The notes under the pieces: model-generated
Databases searched by the model: none
What the model was told of the DNA's origin: nothing
What the model saw: the letters and a program-made list of their open reading frames with translations, nothing else
NCBI GenBank assembly: GCA_963752475.1
Contig: CAVVYR010000019.1
Coordinates: forward strand, 141,996-205,995
Length of the DNA: 64,000 nucleotides
From: an uncultured Chloroflexia bacterium
Lineage (GTDB): Bacteria; Chloroflexota; Limnocylindria; Limnocylindrales; CSP1-4
Reading direction: 5' to 3'
Translations under genes and position numbers: made by a program
In this document: one piece after another, positions 19,112-27,517 of the stretch
How the letters are laid out: each line of letters starts with the position of its first letter
How positions within the stretch are numbered: position 1 is the first letter of the stretch

Positions 19112-19174
19112 GGAAGAAGGGGGATCGTTCGAGTCGCCCGGCCCGTGCGCTGGCCCGGCGACTCGAGATCGATC
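19112..19174 (-). terminator. Long hairpin plus pyrimidine tract downstream of the putative ncRNA
   Basis: TCGAGTCGCC (19129-38) pairs with GGCGACTCGA (19157-66), closed by GATCG/CGATC, followed by CCCCTTCTTCC on the minus strand. Confidence 0.6.
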
Positions 19175-19198
19175 ACTGCGACGAAGAAGGATGACCTC

Positions 19199-19412
19199 GC
19201 CGCCGCCTGCCTCACCGCTGGCAAGGCCCGGAGCCAGCCGGTTCACCTGTTACTCGACTCGTGACCCGGAGACGGCGATCCGATCTCGTGTGGTGCTGAC
19301 ACGATGCACGGTGTCGGTTAGCGCCACCACGTTGGATGATATGGATCGCGTTTCGTCCCGGGCCCGGTGGTCGACGCCTTCAGGGCCCGTGCCAGCGTCG
19401 AGGGACGACGGC
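19199..19412 (-). ncRNA. Putative rod-shaped ncRNA of ~214 nt with 6S-RNA-like architecture
   Basis: 5' and 3' ends pair over ~25 bp, with nested stems and two large internal loops. G-U pairs favour the minus strand. Promoter lies directly upstream. Confidence 0.7.
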
Positions 19413-19419
19413 AAGGCCA

Positions 19420-19448
19420 ACGTTAAGGGACAGTCCGGGGCTGCACAA
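19420..19448 (-). promoter_or_regulatory. Sigma70-type promoter of the putative ncRNA
   Basis: TTGTGC-N17-TAACGT on the minus strand, 7 nt before the first paired G. Confidence 0.65.
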
Positions 19449-19528
19449 TGGCGCCTTGTTCTGACCCGCCCATGACCATCTGCTTGCCAGTTCTTACGTG
19501 CCTGCCACGCCAGAGCGCTCCCGCCGTG

Positions 19529-20734
19529 CTAGAGCGCCTGCTCCAGGATCTCGGTGAGTTCTTCGTCATTCAGCGCGACCGGGTTGGTGCGCATCGATGA
19601 CCCCGGCGAATCGGCAACTACGACGGGGATGTGTGCGCGTGTCATCTCGAAGGCCGAGAGCGGCGGCACGCTGAGCGTCTTGACCATGTCGTGGAGCGTG
19701 TCAACCAGCGCCACCCGAGCGGCGCCATCACGGATGGTCGACGGCAGGTCGGCCAGGATGCGCCCGGCCTCGGCGTACTTGGGCAGGGCCGGGGAGTCCG
19801 GGACACGCTCGGTGAGCGCGGTGATGTTGGTGCGGATCGTCTGCCACAGGACCGCGCCACAGGCCATGCCGTGCGGGATCGGCAGCTGGGCTCCGAGCGG
19901 GCTGGCGAAGCCGTGGACCGCACCCAGGCCGGCGTTGGCCAGGCACACGCCCGACAGGAGTGCCGCGTAGGCCATCTGACTGCGAGCGGCCGAAGCCTCG
20001 GGGCCGTCGGGATCCGCGTGCCAGGCGAGGAGGCCGCGACGCACGGCGGCGAGGCCATCGCGCGCGAGGGCATCGGTGAAGGGCGTAGCCCGCTGCGAGG
20101 TCAGCGCCTCCAACAGCTGGGTCAGGGCATCGAGGCCGTTGGCGGCGATGAGCGAGCGAGGTGCGGTTGCCAGCAGGTCGGGATCGACCACAGCGTCCGC
20201 AGGGACCATCGACTCGTCGCGGAAGGAGCGTTTGTAGCCCTCCGGCCCGCGCTCGGTCACGACGGCGTTCCGCGTGGCCTCGGAACCGGTGCCGGCGGTG
20301 GTCGGCACGGCAACGACCGGCAGCGCTCCGCCGGGGTAGGGCACGCCGCGACCGACGCCTTCGAGGTGGTCCATCAGCTCCGTCTCGACCGGCAGCAGTC
20401 CGGCGATGGCCTTGGCCGTGTCGAGAGCGGCTCCGCCGCCGACGCCGATGACGACCTCGATGCCTTGGCCGCGGAACTCGTTCACGGGGACCTCGATGTC
20501 CTCCGGTCCGGGCTCGCCGCTGACGGTGGTGGCGCCGACGAGCGTGATGCCGGCGTCGGCCATGCCGGCTTCGAGCTCCGCCCGACGCGGCGAGTCATTG
20601 AAGGAGCGGCCGCCGGTGACGAGAAGCGCGCGCGAGCCGTGGCTCGCGGCGATCGCTGGGACCTTGGAGAACACGCCGGCGCCGAAGGTGATGCGCGGGA
20701 GCCGGCCCAGCCCGAACGCGGGAACGACGTCCAT
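19529..20734 (-). CDS. Iron-containing alcohol dehydrogenase
   Basis: GGGAALDTAK, PTTAGTGSEAT, GLGAVHG and PHGMACG motifs. Confidence 0.9.
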   Translation of the reverse strand: MDVVPAFGLGRLPRITFGAGVFSKVPAIAASHGSRALLVTGGRSFNDSPRRAELEAGMADAGITLVGATTVSGEPGPEDIEVPVNEFRGQGIEVVIGVGGGAALDTAKAIAGLLPVETELMDHLEGVGRGVPYPGGALPVVAVPTTAGTGSEATRNAVVTERGPEGYKRSFRDESMVPADAVVDPDLLATAPRSLIAANGLDALTQLLEALTSQRATPFTDALARDGLAAVRRGLLAWHADPDGPEASAARSQMAYAALLSGVCLANAGLGAVHGFASPLGAQLPIPHGMACGAVLWQTIRTNITALTERVPDSPALPKYAEAGRILADLPSTIRDGAARVALVDTLHDMVKTLSVPPLSAFEMTRAHIPVVVADSPGSSMRTNPVALNDEELTEILEQAL

Positions 20735-21039
20735 CAGGCCTTGTCCGTCGGGATCGACACGCCCTCGTAGCGGTCGGCGTAGCGCTCCTTCGAGGCCAGC
20801 GCCGGGATCTGCTCCTTGAAGGCGGCGTAGTGCGGCGTGGTCTTGTGGAAGGCCGCCGCCTCCTCGTCGCGGTAGACCTCCCAGATAAGGAACTCGTTGG
20901 GGTCCTCGGTCGAGCGGACGATGTCGAAGCGGACGCAGCCGGGCTCGGCCAGCGAGCCCTCCTGGTCGGCCAGGATCAGCTCCATGAACGCATCGGTCGA
21001 CTCGGGCTTGACGAAGATGTGGACTGCCGCGACGAACAT
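20734..21039 (-). CDS. ABM-domain protein (LsrG/putative quinol monooxygenase-like)
   Basis: EPGCVRFD, EVYRDEEAAAFHKTTPHY, SD GAGGAGG. Confidence 0.85.
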   Translation of the reverse strand: MFVAAVHIFVKPESTDAFMELILADQEGSLAEPGCVRFDIVRSTEDPNEFLIWEVYRDEEAAAFHKTTPHYAAFKEQIPALASKERYADRYEGVSIPTDKA

Positions 21040-21089
21040 CGGCTGGCCTCCTCTGGCGCGTACGTGGTCGTTTGGTCGTGCGGAGACGG

Positions 21090-21803
21090 CTAGTGCCGGT
21101 CCCCTGGCTGTCCATAGTAGGCACCTGGGCCGTGCTTGCGGTCGAAGTGCCGGCGCAGGAGCGCCTCCTGGATGTGCGGTGCCTCCGGGTTCAGCGAGAG
21201 CGTGCGTTCCGCCATCGCAGCGACCGCCTCCAGCGCGATGGCGTTGACCACGGCGTGGTCGGCGTCCTTTCCCCAGGTGAACGGTCCGTGAGAGCGAACG
21301 AGCACCGCGGGCATGCGCAGCGCATCTTCGGTCCGGCCCGCGATGGTCTCGATGATGACGTTGCCGGTCTCGAGCTCGTACTCACCCTCGATCTCGGGCT
21401 CGGTCATCAACCGCGAGGTGGGCACGGCGCCGCGGAAGTGGTCCGCGTGGGTGGTGCCGAGGGCGGGGATGTCCATGCCGGCCTGCGCAAAGGCCGCTGC
21501 GAACGAGCTGTGCGTGTGGACCACGCCACCGAGGTCGGGGAAGGCCTGATAGAGCCGCAGATGGGTGGGCGTATCAGAGGAGGGGCGCATCGTGCCCTCG
21601 AGCACGCGGCCGTCGTCGAGGGAGACGACCACGAGGTCCTCGGGCTGGACGGCGTCACAGGCGACGCCGCTGGGCTTGATGACGAGGGCGTTGGCCTCAC
21701 GGTCCACACCGCTCACGTTGCCGAAGGAGAGCGTCACCAGCCCGGCCTTGACGAGATCCGCGTTGGCCTGGGCGACCTGCTCTCGGAGAGCCATGTCGAT
21801 CAT
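21090..21803 (-). CDS. araD: L-ribulose-5-phosphate 4-epimerase
   Basis: FGNVSG, IKPSGV, PSSDTPTH, HTHS, GTTHAD and HFDRKHGPGAYYGQ motifs. Confidence 0.95.
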   Translation of the reverse strand: MIDMALREQVAQANADLVKAGLVTLSFGNVSGVDREANALVIKPSGVACDAVQPEDLVVVSLDDGRVLEGTMRPSSDTPTHLRLYQAFPDLGGVVHTHSSFAAAFAQAGMDIPALGTTHADHFRGAVPTSRLMTEPEIEGEYELETGNVIIETIAGRTEDALRMPAVLVRSHGPFTWGKDADHAVVNAIALEAVAAMAERTLSLNPEAPHIQEALLRRHFDRKHGPGAYYGQPGDRH

Positions 21804-21841
21804 GCACCTGATGGTAGCCGAGACTGTGTCGTTTGACCGGG

Positions 21842-21869
21842 AGCAAACGATTGCATACACTCGTTTGCA
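21842..21869. promoter_or_regulatory. Tandem LacI-type operator between divergent araD and araA
   Basis: AGCAAACGATTGCA+TACACTCGTTTGCA, 19 bp identical to the site at 30375-30402. Confidence 0.8.
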
Positions 21870-21920
21870 TCCCCCGCGACACCAAGCATGACCTGGCATC
21901 TGTGTGGAGGCGAACGAGCG

Positions 21921-23423
21921 ATGGCATTCGAAGGGCTCAAGATCTGGTTCCTGACCGGCAGTCAGGACCTCTATGGCGAGGTCATCCTGGGGCAGGTCAA
22001 GACCAACTCGGCTGAGATGGTGGCGGGGCTCAACGCGTCCGACGCGGTTCCCGTCGAGATCGTGCACCGGCCCACGGTGACCACGCCCGACGGCATCCGT
22101 CGTGCCTGCATCGAAGCCTCAGCGGACGATTCGGTCATCGGCGTCATCGGCTGGATGCATACCTTCAGTCCGGCCAAGATGTGGATCCATGGCCTGCAGG
22201 CGCTGACCAAGCCATTCCTGCATCTGCACACACAGCACAACGCCGACCTGCCCTACGACTCCATCGACATGGAGTTCATGAACACGAACCAGTCGGCGCA
22301 CGGTGATCGCGAGTTCGCCTACATCGTGTCGCGGCTACGGATGCCGCGCAAGACGGTCGCTGGCCATTGGCAGGACGCGGGGGTCCAGGGTCGCATCGGC
22401 AGCTGGATGCGCGCGGCGGCCGGCGTGCACGAAGCTCGGAACCTGCGGTGCATCCGCTTCGGCGACAACATGCGCGAGGTGGCCGACACCGATGGCGACA
22501 AGGTCGAGGTGCAGGCGCGACTCGGAGCCTCCTGCAACACCTATCCCGTCAACGAGCTGGCCGACACCGTCGACCAGGTCGCTGATGCCGAGGTCGATAC
22601 CCTCTGTGCCGAGTACGACGATCTCTACGACGTCGTGCCCGAGCTGCGTGTCGGCGGCGAACGACGTGAGTCGCTGCGTGATGCTGCGCGCATCGAGCTG
22701 GGCCTGCGCGCGTTCCTCAGCGGACTCGACTCGATGGCCTTCGTGGACACCTTCCAGGACCTTGGTGGACTCAAGCAGCTGCCCGGTATCGGCGCCCAGC
22801 GCCTGATGGCCGACGGCTACGGCTTCGGCCCGGAGGGTGACTGGAAGACGTCGATGCTGGTGCGCCTGGTCAAGGTCATGGGCGAGGGCCTCGAGGGTGG
22901 TTCATCCCTCATGGAGGACTACACCTACGACTTCGGGGCCGATGCCACGTCCGTGCTCGGTGCCCACATGCTGGAGGTCTGCCCGTCGATCGCCGGGGCC
23001 AAGCCGTCGTGCGAGATCCACCCGCTGTTCGTGGGTGAGCGCGAGGACCCCGTGCGGCTGGTCTTCACCGGCGCGGCTGGGCCGGGAGTCGTGGTGGGCA
23101 TGGTCGACATGGGCACGCACCTTCGGCTGGTGGCCAACGAGGTCGACGCCATCGACCCGCCCGGTGATCTGCCCAAGCTCCCGACCGCCCGGGCTCTGTG
23201 GGTGCCGCGACCGGACTTCACCACCGCCGCCGAGACCTGGCTCATGGCGGGCGGCCCGCACCACACGGCCTACACCCAGGCCCTCGGGCTCGACGTGGTC
23301 GAGGACTTCGCCGAGATGCTCGACATGGAGCTGCTAGGCATCGACGCCGACACCACCGTTCGCAACTTCAAGAAGGAGCTGGGTTGGACGGCGGCCTACC
23401 GCACGCTCCGAACCGGCGTGTAG
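21921..23423 (+). CDS. araA: L-arabinose isomerase
   Basis: GSQDLYG, MHTFSPAKMWI, NQSAHGDRE, EGDWKT, MEDYTY, HMLEVCP and GGPHH motifs. Confidence 0.97.
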   Translation: MAFEGLKIWFLTGSQDLYGEVILGQVKTNSAEMVAGLNASDAVPVEIVHRPTVTTPDGIRRACIEASADDSVIGVIGWMHTFSPAKMWIHGLQALTKPFLHLHTQHNADLPYDSIDMEFMNTNQSAHGDREFAYIVSRLRMPRKTVAGHWQDAGVQGRIGSWMRAAAGVHEARNLRCIRFGDNMREVADTDGDKVEVQARLGASCNTYPVNELADTVDQVADAEVDTLCAEYDDLYDVVPELRVGGERRESLRDAARIELGLRAFLSGLDSMAFVDTFQDLGGLKQLPGIGAQRLMADGYGFGPEGDWKTSMLVRLVKVMGEGLEGGSSLMEDYTYDFGADATSVLGAHMLEVCPSIAGAKPSCEIHPLFVGEREDPVRLVFTGAAGPGVVVGMVDMGTHLRLVANEVDAIDPPGDLPKLPTARALWVPRPDFTTAAETWLMAGGPHHTAYTQALGLDVVEDFAEMLDMELLGIDADTTVRNFKKELGWTAAYRTLRTGV

Positions 23424-23463
23424 CCCACCGGGTTCGCGGGAGCGCCAGAGCCAGGATCGGAAG

Positions 23464-23488
23464 GACGCGGCCCCAAGGGAGCCGCGTC
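23464..23488. terminator. Hairpin after araA
   Basis: GACGCGGC-CCCAAGGGA-GCCGCGTC. Confidence 0.6.
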
Positions 23489-23549
23489 GTTCCTGTCTAC
23501 TGATGGATGGCATCGAGCCAGCCGCGCCGGGTCGACCCTGGGCCCTTGG

Positions 23550-23936
23550 CTATCGGATGGAGACGCCGACGACGCAGCGACCGTTGGTGCGGATGGTCAC
23601 GCCGATCGTCCGGTCACGACGGGTGACCGGGAAGCTCCACACACCGGCTCGGTTGTAGGTGCGCGCCCACTTCTCATATGGGCCGACCCGATACGAGCGC
23701 CCGGCTCGGGCAAAACTGACGGAGTTGAGTCGGCACTTGGTCCGGCCGGCCTTCTTCTGCAGCATCACGACGACCTTGGCCCGTGCCGGCGTGCGGTCGA
23801 TGAGTGTCGTTCGCGTGGTGCGGTTGGTGGTGATGACCGTCGAGCCGCCGTTGTACTTCCTGACGACGGCGTCAGCGGGCGCCGCCGCGGCGATGACGAG
23901 TGATGCGGCGATCAGGCCGGAGATGAGCAGGCGCAT
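23550..23936 (-). CDS. Small basic secreted hypothetical protein
   Basis: SD AAGGGGA, signal peptide ending APADA, two Cys. Confidence 0.7.
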   Translation of the reverse strand: MRLLISGLIAASLVIAAAAPADAVVRKYNGGSTVITTNRTTRTTLIDRTPARAKVVVMLQKKAGRTKCRLNSVSFARAGRSYRVGPYEKWARTYNRAGVWSFPVTRRDRTIGVTIRTNGRCVVGVSIR

Positions 23937-24239
23937 GATGCGGTCCCCTTGCGTTTCGAAGAGCCGCGGGCGCAGGTCTGAGGGGGGGTCGATGACCGGC
24001 GACAGGCGGTAGGTACGCCCGACCATGGCACCCCGTACGACTGGCCTGACACCGGGCCAGAGGGCCCGGAGTCGCGGGCCGAACGGACCATAGTCCCTCA
24101 CCTCCCGACTTCACCCCACCACCGAAGGTCGGGGACCATCGGCGCTATCGGTACTGGCACATGCGACGACGCGCCCGCCGCGGTAGCGGGTCTGCCCGCC
24201 TCATCGGTCGAGTAGGCGCGCTCGTCGATCGATCAGACG

Positions 24240-24700
24240 CATTCCACGTGTCCCCTCCGGATCAGGACCAAGCCGATGTGCTTGCCGTTCGACGGGTGAA
24301 CACGACAGATGACGCGGTCTGTGCGCCCGCCTGGGGACCGAACGGCCATGGTCTTGCTGTCACGCGGCAGCGACCGACCGGTCCGGCGCGCTAGGCCCGG
24401 CCCGGGTCCACCTGTCGTCGAAGTCGGGTCACGATGATGATCGTCCTGACTGCACGCTCGCCGCGGTGGGGCGGGGCTTGCTCAACTCGCCAAGGCACGT
24501 GAAGACTGGTCGTCGCCGTCATGGCGGAGGCCGCCGAGGCGGCGCGAAGAGGTTGCCTGGTGGTCGGCACGCCATGACCTGGCATCGAGGGCAGCTGCTT
24601 GCTCGAAAGGTTGAGCTCACGCTGCGTCTCCGCGTCATCGTCGTGTCCCTTGACCCATGCACCGGGGCAGACGACCACACGCACCGTGCCCTCGTCAGCA
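24240..24700. pseudogene. Possible decayed gene fragments (PD40/TolB-like on +, TPR-like on -)
   Basis: PAWGPNGHGLAV on + and a frameshifted FEQAAALDARSWRA..GNLFA on -. No intact gene. Confidence 0.25.
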
Positions 24701-24755
24701 GGCAGTTCCTCAGCTGACCCTCGTTCGATGCGCGGATCGTTGGTTCGTGCAGGGA

Positions 24756-25883
24756 TCAGGGGTCGGTGACCTCGACCGGCACTGCCTGATCGGTCCACCA
24801 GAGTGCGGACGTCTCCGGTCCGTCCATGCCTCGCAAGACCGAGCCGACCACCACCAGCTCGCCGGACGGCGAGAGCGCGAGGCCGCTGAGCCCCACGGTC
24901 TGGCCAGGCTCGATACCGCCGAGGCCGAGCGGGGTCAGTGCACCGTCCGGCTCCAGACGCCACACCTCCGAGGGACAGACCGGGGTGTCACCCCCGCACC
25001 CCGCTATCACGGTCACGGTTCCCGAGACCACCTGGATGGCACTGCCCTTCGGCGTGGTCTCGAGGATGTCGGTCCAGGTGTTGCCTGCATCGGGCCGAGT
25101 CATGAGCACGTGCTCATCCTGCCGCCCGACCGCGATCCAGCCGTCCGCGCCGTTCGCCACCGACAACAACGCGGAGCCCGTCCCGTGACCCTGGGTCGTC
25201 CAGCCTCGCTCGTCTCCGGTCCAGGCAGACCATCCCTCGACCTCATAGTCACCATCCATGGCAGCCCCGAGCCAGCCGACGGTCACCACGCCCGTCTCAG
25301 CGGCGGCGACCCCGATCGGCATGAACATCGGTTCCGAGGGTGGCAGGGGCTGCAGGGTCCGGAGGTCATCGGAACGCCAGACCCCGAAACGTTCGCACTG
25401 TTGCTCTCCGCCTGCCCAGCCGCAGCCGACCGCGTAGAGCGTGCTCTCGTGGCCGGCGAGGTCGAAGAAGTAGGCGTGCTCGAGCGGAGGATCGAGCGGC
25501 CGCACCTCCCAGGAGCGACCGTCGGGCGAGACCCAGAGCGCCCCCGGCATCCCTGTCGCGACGAAGCCCGAGCCGACGGCGGCCACACGCGAGAGGAGGC
25601 CACCCTCGGATTCGCCCGTGATGGGTTCCACGCTCCACGACAGCCCATCCGGCGAGTACAGGGCCAGGGGCTCAGGTGACCCGAGGTCGAGATATCCGAC
25701 TGCGACCCAACCGGCGTCGTTCACAGCGACATCCAGGATGGTGGTACCGGACGGCAGTTCCTCGGGTAGTGCCACGCGGTCGAGCTCGACGCTCGGAATC
25801 AGGGCGGGGTCAGCCCCACTCGTCGTGGCGGGTGTAGCAAGAAGGAAGATCGCCACCGCCGCAGCGACAGCTGCTCTGGACAT
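24756..25883 (-). CDS. Secreted beta-rich protein with Asp-box/BNR-like repeats
   Basis: SD GGAGGG, signal peptide, SPDGLSW, SPDGRSW and DAGNTW repeats. Confidence 0.75.
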   Translation of the reverse strand: MSRAAVAAAVAIFLLATPATTSGADPALIPSVELDRVALPEELPSGTTILDVAVNDAGWVAVGYLDLGSPEPLALYSPDGLSWSVEPITGESEGGLLSRVAAVGSGFVATGMPGALWVSPDGRSWEVRPLDPPLEHAYFFDLAGHESTLYAVGCGWAGGEQQCERFGVWRSDDLRTLQPLPPSEPMFMPIGVAAAETGVVTVGWLGAAMDGDYEVEGWSAWTGDERGWTTQGHGTGSALLSVANGADGWIAVGRQDEHVLMTRPDAGNTWTDILETTPKGSAIQVVSGTVTVIAGCGGDTPVCPSEVWRLEPDGALTPLGLGGIEPGQTVGLSGLALSPSGELVVVGSVLRGMDGPETSALWWTDQAVPVEVTDP

Positions 25884-26279
25884 CGTCGGTCCCTCCGCTA
25901 TGGGTGTACGCAACGAACGTGGGTCGAGTGTCTCGGTCACGCAAGTGCCATCGGCACCACCATGAGCGTCTTCCCCTGGCGCCCACGACAGCGTCCGTCT
26001 CACCATCGCCGCCGGCTCGATCAGCGCCAGGTCGGACGGCACTTGGCGCCTGCGATCCGATCCGGGCAAGGTCGGGTCGGCAGGTGCTCCCGCGGACGGG
26101 ATCCGGCAAGAAGTCATCGCTATCACCGTTGCTGGAGTGGCGGCCTTCCTCGCCGCCTAGCTGCCCTTCACCCTCATCCCGGGAGGGCCACTCCAGGGCG
26201 ACGGATAGCCTCGGGCCGTTCGACACTTGACCGCCTGACCGTGATGCGGAGGATGGACTTGTTCGCAACGGGGCCTGGA

Positions 26280-27404
26280 ATGCAGCGATCGGCAACGGCG
26301 CTACTCACCGCCGCACTCATCTTGGCCGGCACGGGGCTCGCCGCTGCTCAGTCGTCAACCGCCGGCCCTGACGCCACGGGCCAGCGGATCGAGCTTCCGG
26401 GCTACGGCGCGTCGATCATCGTGCCTGAGCACTGGACGACGGACATCGGGGGCCCGGGAGGCCCCCCGCTGTTCCCGGAGTCTCGGCTCCACGAGGGTCT
26501 CTCCGTCATCGCCACGGGCCGTCCCGAAGCCCAGCAGTGCCGCCTCATCGCGTCGTCGCCTGCGACCTGCGCTGCACCGGTCGATCTCTCGGCCGAGCTG
26601 GCGGCTCCGGGCTGGGACCCGATCCAGCTTCCGGCAGGTGAGGCCGCATACCAGGCGCTCGACTATCCCGAGACTCCCGACGTCGCCTGCTCCCGGTACC
26701 TCCTGAGCGACGGCCTCGATGTCTACGAGCTGCGTTGCTGTGGCGCCGTCCGTCCAGCCGACGCCTGGCGCCCGATCGCGGATACCTTCGCGTTCCCCGA
26801 GCAGTCACGCTGGGACAGCCCCGACGCCGACGGCCGCGATCTGCTCGAAGAGGTTGGCGTGGTCTTGCAGAAGCAACTCATCCGGCCGTCCGGCTGGACA
26901 GGATCCGGTGAGACCCAGACAGCCAAACGATGGATGAACAGGCCACGCAACAAGCTGAGCGGGGGTGAAGTCGCCGCCATCCGGGCCATGGTCCGAGTCC
27001 TGGGTGTCCCCGCCAAGCGGGTCACCATCGGTGAGCGTGTCTACGAGTCCGAGGCTGGTGAGGTACTCCTCGCCGTCGATGATGTCCATGTCCCCGGGAT
27101 CTCGACCGAGGTCCTCCTCGACGGGCTTCTGACCTGGCTGGCCGAGGGCTGGGATCGTCGATATGAGGCCGCACCCACCTTCAAGCAGGTGGACATCAGT
27201 GGCCGAGACGTCCTGGCGATCACCTTCGGGGCCGATGACCCGACCGAGTACGTCCTCATCTCCGGCGATACCGCCATCCGGGTGCGGGGGTCTGACACGG
27301 AGGCGGCCATGAACATGCTGGAGGCGCTCTCCTGCCGCCATCTGGACGTCTTCTCCCTGGTCACCGAGTACCTCGTCGAACGGTTCCGGTCTGCCGGGGA
27401 GTAG
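26280..27404 (+). CDS. Secreted hypothetical protein
   Basis: Signal peptide ending LAAA-QS, long ORF with coding-like codon usage. Start is approximate. Confidence 0.7.
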   Translation: MQRSATALLTAALILAGTGLAAAQSSTAGPDATGQRIELPGYGASIIVPEHWTTDIGGPGGPPLFPESRLHEGLSVIATGRPEAQQCRLIASSPATCAAPVDLSAELAAPGWDPIQLPAGEAAYQALDYPETPDVACSRYLLSDGLDVYELRCCGAVRPADAWRPIADTFAFPEQSRWDSPDADGRDLLEEVGVVLQKQLIRPSGWTGSGETQTAKRWMNRPRNKLSGGEVAAIRAMVRVLGVPAKRVTIGERVYESEAGEVLLAVDDVHVPGISTEVLLDGLLTWLAEGWDRRYEAAPTFKQVDISGRDVLAITFGADDPTEYVLISGDTAIRVRGSDTEAAMNMLEALSCRHLDVFSLVTEYLVERFRSAGE

Positions 27405-27517
27405 CCGTCCAACCGCCATGCTCTGGTTCGTGCTGCCCCCACAGCCATCACGATCCTGACCGTGTTGTTCCGTGAGTTGGCAGCGCGCCGACGGGATCCG
27501 TCCCTCCGGCGCTCGAG

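Noticed and set aside
19345-19386. Hammerhead-like CUGAAG...GACGAAAC in the minus-strand ncRNA
   Set aside because: The core deviates from CUGANGA/GAAA geometry and these bases are used in the long rod pairing.
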